64,000 bases of DNA from Candidatus Babelota bacterium (GCA_016871815.1 VHBT01000003.1:14317-78316), one strand, 5' to 3'; counted from the first letter of the stretch, positions 12,735 through 22,402 are shown. Notes: a model not told the origin generated them from the letters alone. Program-made: numbers and translations.

Positions 12735-13574
12735 ATGAACCATTACAAAAAAATACTATTACTTACATTCTCACTAATCATAAATTCAATTCACTCCACA
12801 GAAACAAGCGCCCCACACAAAGACATACAATCAAAAATTCTCTCCGAGCAACTCTACTTAGCGCAGCTTCCCCAAGAAACCCTTAATAAAGTCAATATAA
12901 ACAGCGAAGAACTTTCCTGCGACATGAACAACATAATTACCGAAATCTCAAGCTCAAATATCTCTAACAAAGAAAAACAATCTCTTCTAAATTTATTACT
13001 ACTCAAATACCTATCAATCGCTTACTTTAAATACACTCAAGACAACAAATCCCTAACCCTTTCTAGAATTGCGGAAATAAAAGACTCCCTTGATGAATAT
13101 AGCTTTTACAAAGACAAAAGCATCCACATATTCGAGTATCTAGCCGAAGGAACCTTTGCAGTCTGGCTCATGGCATCTTTTGTCTTAGCATTCACTCAAC
13201 CATCAAAAACTTTATTGATCGGCGAAAGTATAGTTTTATTAGGACTTGTCGCCTACCTCTGGCACAAAGAATACACATCTCCAATAACAAGACCAAAAAA
13301 ATACTGGGACGAAAAATTACTTCTAGAGCTTGCCGAAATCACAGACCATTATTTCTTAGGAATAATTAACAATTTAAAAGCATATCCCTCAGAAACAATA
13401 AAAAACCTTTGCTCAGAAGCAGAAAGCACCTACAAAGAATTAATGAATCACGGTTTTATGACTCAGCCAGATTTCATAACAGGAAAAAGGGAAATCCTTC
13501 AAAACGATCTAAAAACCTTTCACCAAATCCTTGTTGAATACAAAAAAAAGCTTCAAAATCGCATAATATCTTAA
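12735..13574 (+). CDS. Hypothetical membrane or secreted protein
   Basis: 279-aa ORF starting 4 nt after dnaJ. Signal-like N-terminus MNHYKKILLLTFSLIINSIHS and an internal hydrophobic pair (FAVWLMASFVLAF / LLIGESIVLLGLVAYLW). No recognisable domain. Confidence 0.7.
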   Translation: MNHYKKILLLTFSLIINSIHSTETSAPHKDIQSKILSEQLYLAQLPQETLNKVNINSEELSCDMNNIITEISSSNISNKEKQSLLNLLLLKYLSIAYFKYTQDNKSLTLSRIAEIKDSLDEYSFYKDKSIHIFEYLAEGTFAVWLMASFVLAFTQPSKTLLIGESIVLLGLVAYLWHKEYTSPITRPKKYWDEKLLLELAEITDHYFLGIINNLKAYPSETIKNLCSEAESTYKELMNHGFMTQPDFITGKREILQNDLKTFHQILVEYKKKLQNRIIS

Positions 13575-13582
13575 ACAAATAG

Positions 13583-13610
13583 TTAAGGGCTCAAGTTATT
13601 GAGCCCTTAA
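13583..13610. terminator. Hairpin between convergent genes (bidirectional terminator candidate)
   Basis: TTAAGGGCTCAA-gtta-TTGAGCCCTTAA, a perfect 12-bp stem between the 3' ends of 12735-13574 (+) and 13636-14568 (-). There is no strong U-tract. Confidence 0.5.
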
Positions 13611-13635
13611 ACGAATACACAACGAATAAAAAAAA

Positions 13636-14568
13636 TTATTTTTGAGCCGCTATAACCTTAGACAATAAGCCCTGTGCATCTTCGCATCCCACAGCAACTG
13701 CTTTTTCTAACCACCCTTGAGCTTTATTCAAATCAACCGGAACCCCAAATCCATTCGAGTAAACCAACCCCAAATTTGCCATCGCCAGACCCGAACCATT
13801 TTCTGCTGCAATCAAAAGAAACCTACGTGATTCGACATAATCTTGCGGAACACCAGTACCGTTAAAATACAAACAAGCCAAATTAAGAGCCGCATCATCA
13901 TGCCGCGAATTAATAGACAACGTCTTTTTATAATACCCTGCAGCCTTTTCAAATTGTTCTAACTTTAAATAAATCTGTCCCAAATTATATGCGCACGCAT
14001 CATCATTTTGCCGGCTTTTTTCCGCCAAAGACAGCCAATATAAAGCTTTATTATAATCAGGATGGACAGAGCCAAGACCATCCGTGCACATGACTCCCAA
14101 ATCTAATTGTGCGCAAGATTCTCCCTGATTAGCAGATTTTTCACACCAATAAAAAGCCTTATCAAAGTCTTGCACAACACCCTGTCCACAACGATATGCA
14201 TAAGACAACATATACTGAGCAAATGCATTACCACCCTCAGCAGCCTTTTCTGCCCAAGCAACAGATTTATTAAAATCTTTTTTTTGATAATATTCCAACG
14301 CAAGCTCAACTTGAGCATTAACATCACCGGCTTCTGCAGATTTTATCTTCAAGTCCTTAGAATAAAAAACAAACCCCAAAACCAAACTCAAAATAAGAAT
14401 AAATGGCATAATTAAAAAGACAAAACCCAACCGATTTTGTTTTATTTCAGCCCAAGAAAGATCCTTCCTCCAATAACGAGTACTCCCAAAAGCAGAATCA
14501 TGTTCACTTTCAAGAACCCAACCACTCCTTGCCCACGCCAACGCATCAAAAAACCATTTAAATTTCAT
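13636..14568 (-). CDS. Membrane-anchored Sel1-like repeat protein
   Basis: 310 aa with a TM segment LGFVFLIMPFILILSLVLGFVFY, followed by about six Sel1 units (e.g. AEAGDVNAQVELALEYY, AAEGGNAFAQYMLSYAYRCGQGVVQDFDKAFYWCEKSANQGESCAQLDLG). Confidence 0.85.
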   Translation of the reverse strand: MKFKWFFDALAWARSGWVLESEHDSAFGSTRYWRKDLSWAEIKQNRLGFVFLIMPFILILSLVLGFVFYSKDLKIKSAEAGDVNAQVELALEYYQKKDFNKSVAWAEKAAEGGNAFAQYMLSYAYRCGQGVVQDFDKAFYWCEKSANQGESCAQLDLGVMCTDGLGSVHPDYNKALYWLSLAEKSRQNDDACAYNLGQIYLKLEQFEKAAGYYKKTLSINSRHDDAALNLACLYFNGTGVPQDYVESRRFLLIAAENGSGLAMANLGLVYSNGFGVPVDLNKAQGWLEKAVAVGCEDAQGLLSKVIAAQK

Positions 14569-14613
14569 AAAAAAAACTAAAAAATCTCAATCATCTAATA
14601 TAAAGATAATTCA

Positions 14614-14650
14614 ATAAAAAAAGGCTGTGAATTAAAAAACACAGCCTTTA
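14614..14650 (-). terminator. Intrinsic terminator of the 14669-15097 gene
   Basis: On the minus strand: AAAGGCTGTG-ttttttaatt-CACAGCCTTT followed by TTTTT. It lies 19 nt downstream of the stop. Confidence 0.65.
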
Positions 14651-14668
14651 TAAATAAAAAATTTAAAT

Positions 14669-15097
14669 TTAGCCAATCAAGCCAAAATACAAGCCAGTGA
14701 TTAAGCCAAACGCTGGAACCAAGTTCGCCTTTACCCAATCAAGATATCCAAGTAAAAGCGCCTGCACTGAATCGATCGGCAATCCATTAGAAAAGCCAAT
14801 TTGCGCATACAAAGAAACCCAATCAACGGTCAAAAAACCACGCATCTCAAAAAATTTTATACCACCAATCAAGACCAAAACACTGATCAGTAAAATCTTA
14901 AAAGTCTTACGCGCAAAAAAACCAACAAGAAAGCCAACAACAAGCAAAGAAATTGCTTGAGAAACATCTGCAACATTAGTACCAATTGATTTTAATGGCC
15001 CAGATAAGCCAATATCCGTCAAAAAACCACGCAACCAATCAACTGATTTTGTCCAAAAATTAAACATATAACCGAGAACCCCAGGGCAAAAAAACAA
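14669..15097 (-). CDS. Hypothetical small integral membrane protein
   Basis: 142-aa ORF with about four hydrophobic segments and its own terminator. No recognisable motif. The true start may be an internal Met. Confidence 0.65.
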   Translation of the reverse strand: MFFCPGVLGYMFNFWTKSVDWLRGFLTDIGLSGPLKSIGTNVADVSQAISLLVVGFLVGFFARKTFKILLISVLVLIGGIKFFEMRGFLTVDWVSLYAQIGFSNGLPIDSVQALLLGYLDWVKANLVPAFGLITGLYFGLIG

Positions 15098-15226
15098 ACT
15101 GCCGCCATCCGTATTGTTATCTTACCACAAACGATAGTCCAAGATCCATGATACCAAACAAAAGAGGCGTGCAAAAGGCTTTTTCTTAGCTTTTTACACG
15201 CCCAAACCAAATGATCAAAAGCGAAT

Positions 15227-15499
15227 TTACGCTACAAGATCTTTAAGTTGTTTGCCTGGTTTAAACTTAGGAACTTTTTTAGCAGGGATTTTCATCTTTG
15301 CTCTTGTTGCTGGGTTAACACCAACACGTTCTTTACGTTTAATCACTTCAAAAGTACCAAATCCTGTAAGGACTACTGATTTACCTTTTTTAAGTGATGT
15401 TTCAACGATACCAACAAAAGCTTCTAATGCATTTTTGCAAGCAGCCTTTGTAAGATCTGTTTGTTTAGCCATAAGCTCAACAAGTTCTGCCTTGTTCAT
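15227..15499 (-). CDS. hup: HU/IHF-family DNA-binding protein
   Basis: MNKAELVELMAKQTDLTKAACKNALEAFVGIVETSLKKGKSVVLTGFGTFEVIKRKERVGVNPATRAKMKIPAKKVPKFKPGKQLKD is a typical HU sequence (GFGTF, R-x-G-x-NP). I chose the ATG at 15499, which has GGAGG 7 nt upstream, rather than the longer track ORF (to 15604). Confidence 0.92.
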   Translation of the reverse strand: MNKAELVELMAKQTDLTKAACKNALEAFVGIVETSLKKGKSVVLTGFGTFEVIKRKERVGVNPATRAKMKIPAKKVPKFKPGKQLKDLVA

Positions 15500-15672
15500 A
15501 CAACATCCTCCGCAACTACATAAAACTGAAATATACTGCCACAACCGATTGCGGCACGTCTTACGCACCTGAGAATTGTTGATCCAGACGAATTTGTCAA
15601 GCAACCAAATAAACTCGCACTGTCAGAAAAGATTATAAAGAAATAAAAATGGAATTAAGCCCAAACATACAT

Positions 15673-15759
15673 TGGTGCCGAGGACCGGACTCGAACCGGT
15701 ACGAGTATTAACTCGAAGGATTTTAAGTCCTTTGCGTCTACCTATTCCGCCACCCCGGC
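15673..15759 (-). tRNA. tRNA-Leu (anticodon UAA), CCA encoded
   Basis: Reverse complement: GCCGGGG-TG-GCGGAATAGGTAGACGC-AAGGA-CTTAAAA-TCCTT-(long variable arm)-CCGGTTCGAGTCCGG-TCCTCGGC-ACCA. Confidence 0.9.
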
Positions 15760-15777
15760 AACCATATCTTGAAACTT

Positions 15778-15851
15778 TGGAGGCGGCACCCGGATTCGAA
15801 CCGGGGATCACGGTTTTGCAGACCACTGCCTTGCCTCTTGGCTATGCCGCC
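15778..15851 (-). tRNA. tRNA-Cys (anticodon GCA), CCA encoded
   Basis: Reverse complement: GGCGGCA-TA-GCCAAGAGGCAAGGC-A-GTGGT-CTGCAAA-ACCGT-...-CCGGTTCGAATCCGG-GTGCCGCC-TCCA. Discriminator U73 is typical of tRNA-Cys. Confidence 0.9.
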
Positions 15852-16012
15852 CAAGAAGTATGGGTTTTATTCTACTCCGTATCACAACGCCTGACAAGAG
15901 CATTTAATCGCAGAATGCATTTTCCATTCTTATTTATTGAAAAAAAACTTTGTTTAATTAAAAATCTGCTAGAATTCAATCGCCAGCAACGCCTCCACCA
16001 AAGGAGTTTTTC

Positions 16013-17182
16013 ATGTTTAAAGCGACTAACCTTCTTTTTATCCTTGCAGCAACAACTATTACCATTCTTGATGCACCAAAAACCCCTCCACCCACAACCT
16101 CAACCGAAGACTCCTCCGAAAGACCCGAACCCCCAATCCTAAAACCGCTTCCTGCAGATTACCATCCATCACCATCCCAAAGCAGCGTTTCAACCCACGG
16201 GGCAGGATCATCAGCAGAACCAACACCCCAAGAAGAAAGCCTAAGAAAACTACGAACTCATACCACAGAGTCAAAACTCGATGATGATGACACTGTAGAC
16301 CGATATGATCGCCCTCCACTGCCACCACGCCCACCACTTCATCCCAAGCCCACTCGCGCTCGCCGCCATGGGATCTATCACCAAGAAACACCTCCTGAGT
16401 TTCTAGAGCTACAAGCCTCACAACAATCACTCGAAGAAACTCTTGAAAGATCAAGCACTCTTGATGAATTTTGCGATATTTATTATCCAGAAGCAGATGC
16501 ATATTACGAAAGACACCGTGGCTGGCCAGACATTTTGATTGGAAAATACAGAAAAATAGAATATGAGATAACAGCCCTTAAAACAGCTCTTTCTGACGAA
16601 GCCGAAACAACTGATCCTGAAAGAACTACGACACGAATAAAAAATCTCATTAACTATAACAAACGAATACTGGTTTTTTTAGCACCATTTGAACGAGGAA
16701 AAGAACATGCAACAAATGCATTTCATGTACTAAGATCAAAAAAAAATCCTCGAATGCTTCTTGAATTTCAAAAACACAATCTTGCAAAAATTGAAGAACT
16801 CAAAAAAATTGTTGCCGATATTGATGAAAGCGAAAAAAGAGCTAGCGAAACATTTTGTGCAACATACAAACACCCTCTGAAACAAGAACTTGTTTTTTGG
16901 TGCAGCTGTGCTTTTTTCTTTGAACACGCATTTTTTGAAAACAGCCCAACAAAACAATCCTTCTCCTACAAAGAAGCTGGTATCAGAATTACAAACACAA
17001 CTCACCACTACCTGTGGCATGAAAAACTATTAAAAACCTGCAGAGAAGCTTGCGCACATCACAATCATTTTCTTGAAAGCGCCGAGAAATTAAGCGCTGT
17101 ATATAAAAAACATTTTGCGATGAATGAATTCTGGGAAGGTGCCTATCATGCCGCACAAATTCTTTTTGAATCCGAAGAATAA
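16013..17182 (+). CDS. Secreted proline-rich protein with a helical C-terminal domain (hypothetical)
   Basis: 389-aa ORF with AAAGGAG 6 nt upstream of the ATG. Signal-like MFKATNLLFILAATTITILDA, then a P/S/T-rich region including RPPLPPRPPLHPKP. The C-terminal ~250 aa has no recognisable domain. Confidence 0.75.
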   Translation: MFKATNLLFILAATTITILDAPKTPPPTTSTEDSSERPEPPILKPLPADYHPSPSQSSVSTHGAGSSAEPTPQEESLRKLRTHTTESKLDDDDTVDRYDRPPLPPRPPLHPKPTRARRHGIYHQETPPEFLELQASQQSLEETLERSSTLDEFCDIYYPEADAYYERHRGWPDILIGKYRKIEYEITALKTALSDEAETTDPERTTTRIKNLINYNKRILVFLAPFERGKEHATNAFHVLRSKKNPRMLLEFQKHNLAKIEELKKIVADIDESEKRASETFCATYKHPLKQELVFWCSCAFFFEHAFFENSPTKQSFSYKEAGIRITNTTHHYLWHEKLLKTCREACAHHNHFLESAEKLSAVYKKHFAMNEFWEGAYHAAQILFESEE

Positions 17183-17186
17183 CAAT

Positions 17187-18584
17187 TTATTTGCCAAGAC
17201 AAAACGAAGAAAAAACTTGGTCTAAAACCTTTTCAGCGACATTTCTTCCGGTCATGCGAGAGAAAATTTCTAACAATTCATGTAATTGCGCTGCTGCGAG
17301 CTCAAATTGCTGATGAGGATACAAATAATCTCCAACCACCGTTAGTGACTGCTGAACTGACAGCAAAATATTTTTGTGGCGCTCATTTAACAAAAATGGC
17401 GATTCTTCGATCATGCACAATTGCACCACGTCTTGAATCTGCTTCCAAAGCTCATTTACTCCTTGACCGGAAAGCGCACTCACAGAAACATGAACAACCG
17501 GAAAAAGAATATTTAATCGTGCAAGCACGTCATAATCTATCGCGCTATCTATTTTATTCTTAACCACTAATAATTTATTACAACTCTCACGACTCAATCG
17601 AGCGTACAATTCATCTTCTTCTGCTGAGATTTTACGAGTAACATCAACAACCAAAACAACAAGGTCTGCTCGAGCTATTTCACTCAAAGAACGCTCGATT
17701 CCAATTTGCTCAACAACATCAAACGACTCTCTGATTCCAGCAGTATCAACAAACGTCACCAAAGCTCCATCTTTAACAACAGTTGCATCAACAACATCGC
17801 GAGTTGTCCCTGCAACATTTGTCACAATTGAACGGTTTGCTCCAACCAACCGATTAAACAAAGTTGACTTCCCGGCATTTACTGAACCGACACAAACAAC
17901 TCTAAAACCATTCTTCAAATGATTTTGTCTATCGCAATTTACAACCAACGTAGAAACAGAATCACAAACGGCATCATATTCTTTTTTTACCAGATGCGCA
18001 TACCCCAAGTCTTCATGTTCTTCTTCAACAAATTCAAAACTCGCCTCAACAAACGCTAGCAAGCGAACAATCTGCTCTTCGATTTCCGATATTTTTTTTG
18101 ATAACGAACCATCAACCTGCGCTAATGCACGATCTACAGCAACTTCATTTTGCGCAACAACAAGTTCGTGAATTGCTTCTGCTTGAACAAGATCAATTTT
18201 TTCATTTTCAACTGCTTGTCGAGTAAATTCACCTCGATCAGCAATGCGCGCCCCAGCAACAACTGCAGCATCTATAATTTTTTGAACGATAATCGGATTT
18301 CCGTGACAGGTTATTTCAACCGTATCAAAACCTGTAAACGTCTTTGGACCACGCATTATCAAAAATAAAACTTCATCGATTACCAACGTTGTCTGCGAAT
18401 CAACAACTCTTCCGTATCTGACAACATGACTTTCAAAATCAAAAATTGTTTTTTTAGCAGGAAACCGAGAAATTTTTTTTACTACTTCAAATGCATCGTG
18501 GCCTGAGATACGGATCAACGCCGCAGCCGCAGCGCCTTTTGCCGTACAACAGGCCACGATAGATTTTTGCTTCAGATCAATCAT
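17187..18584 (-). CDS. mnmE: tRNA modification GTPase MnmE (TrmE)
   Basis: 465 aa with G1 GSVNAGKST, G2 TTRD, G3 DTAG, NKID, and the diagnostic C-terminal C-L-G-K. It lies directly downstream of jag (conserved jag-mnmE synteny), overlapping it by 4 nt (18581-18584, ATGA). Confidence 0.93.
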   Translation of the reverse strand: MIDLKQKSIVACCTAKGAAAAALIRISGHDAFEVVKKISRFPAKKTIFDFESHVVRYGRVVDSQTTLVIDEVLFLIMRGPKTFTGFDTVEITCHGNPIIVQKIIDAAVVAGARIADRGEFTRQAVENEKIDLVQAEAIHELVVAQNEVAVDRALAQVDGSLSKKISEIEEQIVRLLAFVEASFEFVEEEHEDLGYAHLVKKEYDAVCDSVSTLVVNCDRQNHLKNGFRVVCVGSVNAGKSTLFNRLVGANRSIVTNVAGTTRDVVDATVVKDGALVTFVDTAGIRESFDVVEQIGIERSLSEIARADLVVLVVDVTRKISAEEDELYARLSRESCNKLLVVKNKIDSAIDYDVLARLNILFPVVHVSVSALSGQGVNELWKQIQDVVQLCMIEESPFLLNERHKNILLSVQQSLTVVGDYLYPHQQFELAAAQLHELLEIFSRMTGRNVAEKVLDQVFSSFCLGK

Positions 18585-19525
18585 GAAGCCGAATCAAATC
18601 TAAATGGATCTTGCCCTGGATGAGAAAGCGTAATTCTCAATCCTCTAAATCGACGTTTATGTTCTCGCTTCAAAAACTGCAACAAAACAAACGATAGCGA
18701 AGCATAGAGCGAACGGCTCAAATCGGTATCCATAACAAAATCTTTACTAAAATCAACGTGCAATGTTTTTGATGCAACAGTAACCTGAAATGTAACATCG
18801 TAGCCGATCGTATCAATAATCTCTTTCAGCCACGCACGAACACTCTCAACGTACGCTGCTTCCCAAACGTCTGCAACTACAGCATCATCACCAGAAATAT
18901 TGCTTGATGAATCTACAAAATCAGAAACAACTTCTTCTGTCGAAAAGTTTTTTGGCGCAACAGGGCCTGCCGAATCATAAGAACCATTTTCAGATGCATA
19001 ACTCAATAAACCACGAGGCTCATCTGACTTTCGCTCATTCTTTCTCGGAAAATCACTTTTTTCTCTGCGAGGCTGACGACGTTCACCACGAGATGCAGAT
19101 TCTGTTTTTTCAGATTCAACACCAGCGAGCAAACCTTTATATTCACGAGGCTCTCTGGAGTCGCGAGAATCACGATCTCTAGGTTCACGAGCATCTTTTG
19201 AATGAACTGAGTTGCGCTGAGCTGGTCTACGATCATCTCGTTCTCTTTTAAATTCACCCGAATCACCTCGCGCCGATTCGCCACGAGTATTTTGCTTTTG
19301 ATTTACAGCTGATCCTGCATGATGCTGAGAGGCTACGCTTGAACCTGAACCATTTTGTGGTTTATACGTAATCGAAACAACAGCAGGCTTTGAAGAAAAA
19401 CCAAAAAAACCTTTTTTTCCAATATCATGAATTTTAATAGAAAATTCTTGGGGAGAACCAGCTGCTTCCCACGCTTGATAAATTGCACGCTCAATTGAAT
19501 TCGCTTCTTGAAGCAATGACTTCAT
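18581..19525 (-). CDS. Jag/KhpB-like RNA-binding protein with an Arg/Asp/Glu-rich insert; no obvious R3H domain
   Basis: The N-terminus MKSLLQEANSIERAIYQAWEAAGSPQEFSIKIHDIGKKGFFGFSSKPAVVSITYKP is Jag_N-like. The C-terminal ~90 aa is KH-like. Synteny with mnmE supports the call. I chose the ATG at 19525 (GGAAGG upstream) over the TTG at 19540. Confidence 0.7.
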   Translation of the reverse strand: MKSLLQEANSIERAIYQAWEAAGSPQEFSIKIHDIGKKGFFGFSSKPAVVSITYKPQNGSGSSVASQHHAGSAVNQKQNTRGESARGDSGEFKRERDDRRPAQRNSVHSKDAREPRDRDSRDSREPREYKGLLAGVESEKTESASRGERRQPRREKSDFPRKNERKSDEPRGLLSYASENGSYDSAGPVAPKNFSTEEVVSDFVDSSSNISGDDAVVADVWEAAYVESVRAWLKEIIDTIGYDVTFQVTVASKTLHVDFSKDFVMDTDLSRSLYASLSFVLLQFLKREHKRRFRGLRITLSHPGQDPFRFDSAS

Positions 19526-19753
19526 ATAAAAACCTTCCAAGGACTATCAAATCCCTATTGAATAAACTACTGATGAGTAAACGACCTTTTGCAGGGACGA
19601 TTCAAAAAAAACCACTCTCGTCCAGCTCGCATTCGGTACGCAACACATCGTAAACGCAATGCCCACTCTCTGTCAAAAAATCATCATCCAAGCCACTTAT
19701 CTAAATGAAGCTCCATTTTAAGAAAAATATTTAAGAGAAATTTTAAATTAAAA

Positions 19754-19828
19754 TGGAGCGGGAAACGGGATTCGAACCCGCGACCCCTGCCATGGCAAGG
19801 CAGTGCTCTACCGCTGAGCTATTCCCGC
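19754..19828 (-). tRNA. tRNA-Gly (anticodon GCC), CCA encoded
   Basis: Reverse complement: GCGGGAA-TA-GCTCAGCGGTAGAGC-A-CTGCC-TTGCCAT-GGCAG-GGGTC-GCGGGTTCGAATCCCGT-TTCCCGC-TCCA. Confidence 0.92.
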
Positions 19829-19935
19829 ACGATAAATGGAAAGGACTTCCATAGACACATGTGAAATCCTACTTTACAACCTCGCTCATGTCAACAGCAA
19901 AAATCGTCTTTAAATCTCTTTTTTCTCAGATTTTG

Positions 19936-20259
19936 TTATTCAGAAAAAAACTGTGTCATTAAAGATTCCAAGGCCGCTTGATTTTTATACCCAAGAGACT
20001 TGCCAACAATCTTGCCCTCATCAAAAAAGAAAAAGGCTGGAATAGAAGAAACACCCAAAGCCCTGGCAACATCTTGCGATTCATCTATGTTTACTTTAAA
20101 AAAACTATGAGAAACGCCCCATTTTTTAGCTAAATCATCAAAAACTGGCGCAACCATACGACACGGGCCACACCAAGGCGCAAAAAAATCAACTATCACC
20201 GGCAATTTCGATTGCAAAACTTCTTTTTCAAATTCTTGAGACGTCAATACTCTAACCAT
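19936..20259 (-). CDS. trxA: Thioredoxin
   Basis: MVRVLTSQEFEKEVLQSKLPVIVDFFAPWCGPCRMVAPVFDDLAKK... carries the WCGPC active site. I chose the ATG at 20259 (GAGGAG upstream) over the longer track ORF. Confidence 0.93.
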   Translation of the reverse strand: MVRVLTSQEFEKEVLQSKLPVIVDFFAPWCGPCRMVAPVFDDLAKKWGVSHSFFKVNIDESQDVARALGVSSIPAFFFFDEGKIVGKSLGYKNQAALESLMTQFFSE

Positions 20260-20323
20260 GACAACAATCTCCTCTTTTTTTGCAAAATAATAGCACACAA
20301 AAAGATAAAATCATCCTCAACGT

Positions 20324-22402
20324 TTATTGTCTAGCTAAAAAATCATAAAATGTTCGTCGTTCCAAAGATCCAAAAAGTTGCGGCTGTTCTACAAAATGCC
20401 ATGCGGTTTTATCTGCAGGTTCTCCCAGTCGAGACCACCGATTAAACCAACACCCATCATTTCCCGCTAAAATTTCATTAAAAAACCATGGGTACGTATC
20501 CCCGGTTATTTTTGAAAGCATAACCACACTGCTATGAATAATTTTTGAATTAAAGGCTTTTTCGACCACCGCACGACTCTTGTCAAAGGCAGATGCAAAA
20601 GTAAACAAATGGAATGGCTGACCATTAGACAGCTCTCGACACAATGAACTGGTAAACCAATTTACAGACAAAGAAGGCAAATAACACATAATTCCATCAC
20701 TTAAGCCAACATCCTTAACTGCTTTTAAAATTAATTCCCCACACTCTTTTGTTCGTTTTTTTGCATATCCAACAAAATCTGGAAACAAGTGCGCATGCAT
20801 AATTTTTTTTAAACATTCATGCCCAGAGGCATATTGTATCTTTTTCGATAAAGCATATGGACGCAAAAATTCATCATCACACAACATAAACGGACTAAAC
20901 TCACTGGCGTTTTTTCGTCCATACAACTCAAGATCTATAACAATCCCCGAAAGAGCAATTTCCTTATCAAGCTTTTGCTTGCGATAAAACGCCATAAATG
21001 AATGTAGCGGCTCGCAAACTTCCTCTCTCCAAAAATTAAGTGAAACAGGGGAGGGCACATCGTAAAAAACATTCCCAAAAACATCTATCGCATATTGAGC
21101 AGGAAGATGATCGGCATACAAATTATTAGCAATCTCAAAACCAATAAAAATTTTAGGTATTTTCTTTCCAAGCTCGGCCGATCGTCGCTTGAGAGAAGTT
21201 ATAAAGCGTTGAACTCTTGCTTCAACAACCTCTTTTTTTTCTGGGTTTTTTGCATGTTTTCCATAAATCATCTGGGGTGAAAGGCTTATCCACAATCGAT
21301 TGATTCCCGATAACAACAAAGAATCAGTGATTTCCTGCTGCGACTGTCGCTTTATCTGCAAATCCAGATAGGTCAAATCTTCTGATTCTTCAAACGCCAC
21401 AATCTCCATCCAGGCTGTTTTTACTTTACATTTTTTTTCACTTACAACTTTTTCATCAAACTTAAGTGTTGATTTGTTATTTTTCTCAATCCCTCGGGCT
21501 ATTTTTTCTGCATCATGCTCGCCGCGTAAATCAACTAATAAATCAACATCTAACCAAAACGAAGAAAGCGCCAAATCAAATGTCTTCTGAATACTCCTTT
21601 CAAGCGGGTATTTCAAAAAAGACTCCTTCAAGTCCCCAGCAAATAGAACCTCACCTCGAACAAAACCAAATGATCGATCTTTTTTTTCATCAAACAACCA
21701 AACTCCTAGCGGCAAAATATTCTCAACAGCAGAAAGCCGTTGATTTCTCGCATCATTCATTATCGGCAAAGAAATTAATGAATAATTCTGCTTTTTAATC
21801 GAAAAAACACCGTTACTCGCTACAGAATTCCTCGTTGGGAGCCTCAACATTGTGTGGTACCACGATTCATCACTCAAAGCATTCCCCCTAAAAAAAGAGA
21901 GGAAATCCTGCGCCATTTTACCTAAAAAGCCCCCACCAGACTTCCACCCAGAAGAAAACTCTTCAAGCCCTGCACCCACAAACAAATCCGTAAAAAAAGC
22001 CGCCCAAAAAGATTCATCTTTATTTTGCGGCAAAGCCGGCAAGCAAAATATCGTAGCGCCTCCTGGGATTGAAGCGGCATAACAAATGGCATCCAAAAGC
22101 ATATTTGCAACAACATGACTCTTTTTTGCCATAAAAAATTCATGGGGAAGAACAAAAACCGTAAGCGAATAATTCCCCGCCATAAAAGCCTTTGGTCCAT
22201 TTTCTTTGCCGCCAAAAAGCGAGTAATGAGAAATACTCCAACCCAATTTTTCTAAAAACTCACTAGATCGCTTTACCGATGAAATATCATCCAGGGTGGC
22301 ATCAAAAATAGCTGCAGACTTAGCACTAGCCGCAAAACAAGTGCTCATAAAAGCACCCAGGACAAAAAGCCTTATTGAAAAAAATCGCGTTATCGCAAAC
22401 AT
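20324..22402 (-). CDS. Large secreted hypothetical protein
   Basis: 692-aa uninterrupted ORF with signal peptide MFAITRFFSIRLFVLGAFMSTCFAASAKSA. I recognise no domain. Confidence 0.8.
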   Translation of the reverse strand: MFAITRFFSIRLFVLGAFMSTCFAASAKSAAIFDATLDDISSVKRSSEFLEKLGWSISHYSLFGGKENGPKAFMAGNYSLTVFVLPHEFFMAKKSHVVANMLLDAICYAASIPGGATIFCLPALPQNKDESFWAAFFTDLFVGAGLEEFSSGWKSGGGFLGKMAQDFLSFFRGNALSDESWYHTMLRLPTRNSVASNGVFSIKKQNYSLISLPIMNDARNQRLSAVENILPLGVWLFDEKKDRSFGFVRGEVLFAGDLKESFLKYPLERSIQKTFDLALSSFWLDVDLLVDLRGEHDAEKIARGIEKNNKSTLKFDEKVVSEKKCKVKTAWMEIVAFEESEDLTYLDLQIKRQSQQEITDSLLLSGINRLWISLSPQMIYGKHAKNPEKKEVVEARVQRFITSLKRRSAELGKKIPKIFIGFEIANNLYADHLPAQYAIDVFGNVFYDVPSPVSLNFWREEVCEPLHSFMAFYRKQKLDKEIALSGIVIDLELYGRKNASEFSPFMLCDDEFLRPYALSKKIQYASGHECLKKIMHAHLFPDFVGYAKKRTKECGELILKAVKDVGLSDGIMCYLPSLSVNWFTSSLCRELSNGQPFHLFTFASAFDKSRAVVEKAFNSKIIHSSVVMLSKITGDTYPWFFNEILAGNDGCWFNRWSRLGEPADKTAWHFVEQPQLFGSLERRTFYDFLARQ

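Noticed and set aside
15623-16142. ORFs 15623-15826 (-) and 15672-16142 (+) spanning the tRNA-Leu/tRNA-Cys pair
   Set aside because: They overlap two well-folded tRNA genes and have no SD or recognisable protein features. The real CDS on the right starts at 16013 with a good SD.
19541-19753. Relatively GC-richer intergenic stretch upstream of jag, considered as a small RNA (SRP/6S/riboswitch). Also an 11-bp complement of the tRNA-Gly 3' end (GCTCCATTTTA / TAAAATGGAGC)
   Set aside because: There are no conserved SRP, 6S, tmRNA or RNase P motifs recognisable by eye. The pairing with the tRNA end has a ~30-nt A/T loop and may simply be a processing or terminator structure. The evidence is insufficient to call a feature.
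11096-20300. tRNA-flanked segments (tRNA-Leu 11345, tRNA-Leu/Cys 15673-15851, tRNA-Gly 19754) considered as genomic-island or prophage integration sites
   Set aside because: There is no integrase, transposase or phage gene, and no direct repeat of a tRNA 3' end that I could see. The flanking genes are housekeeping (dnaJ, hup, mnmE, trxA).
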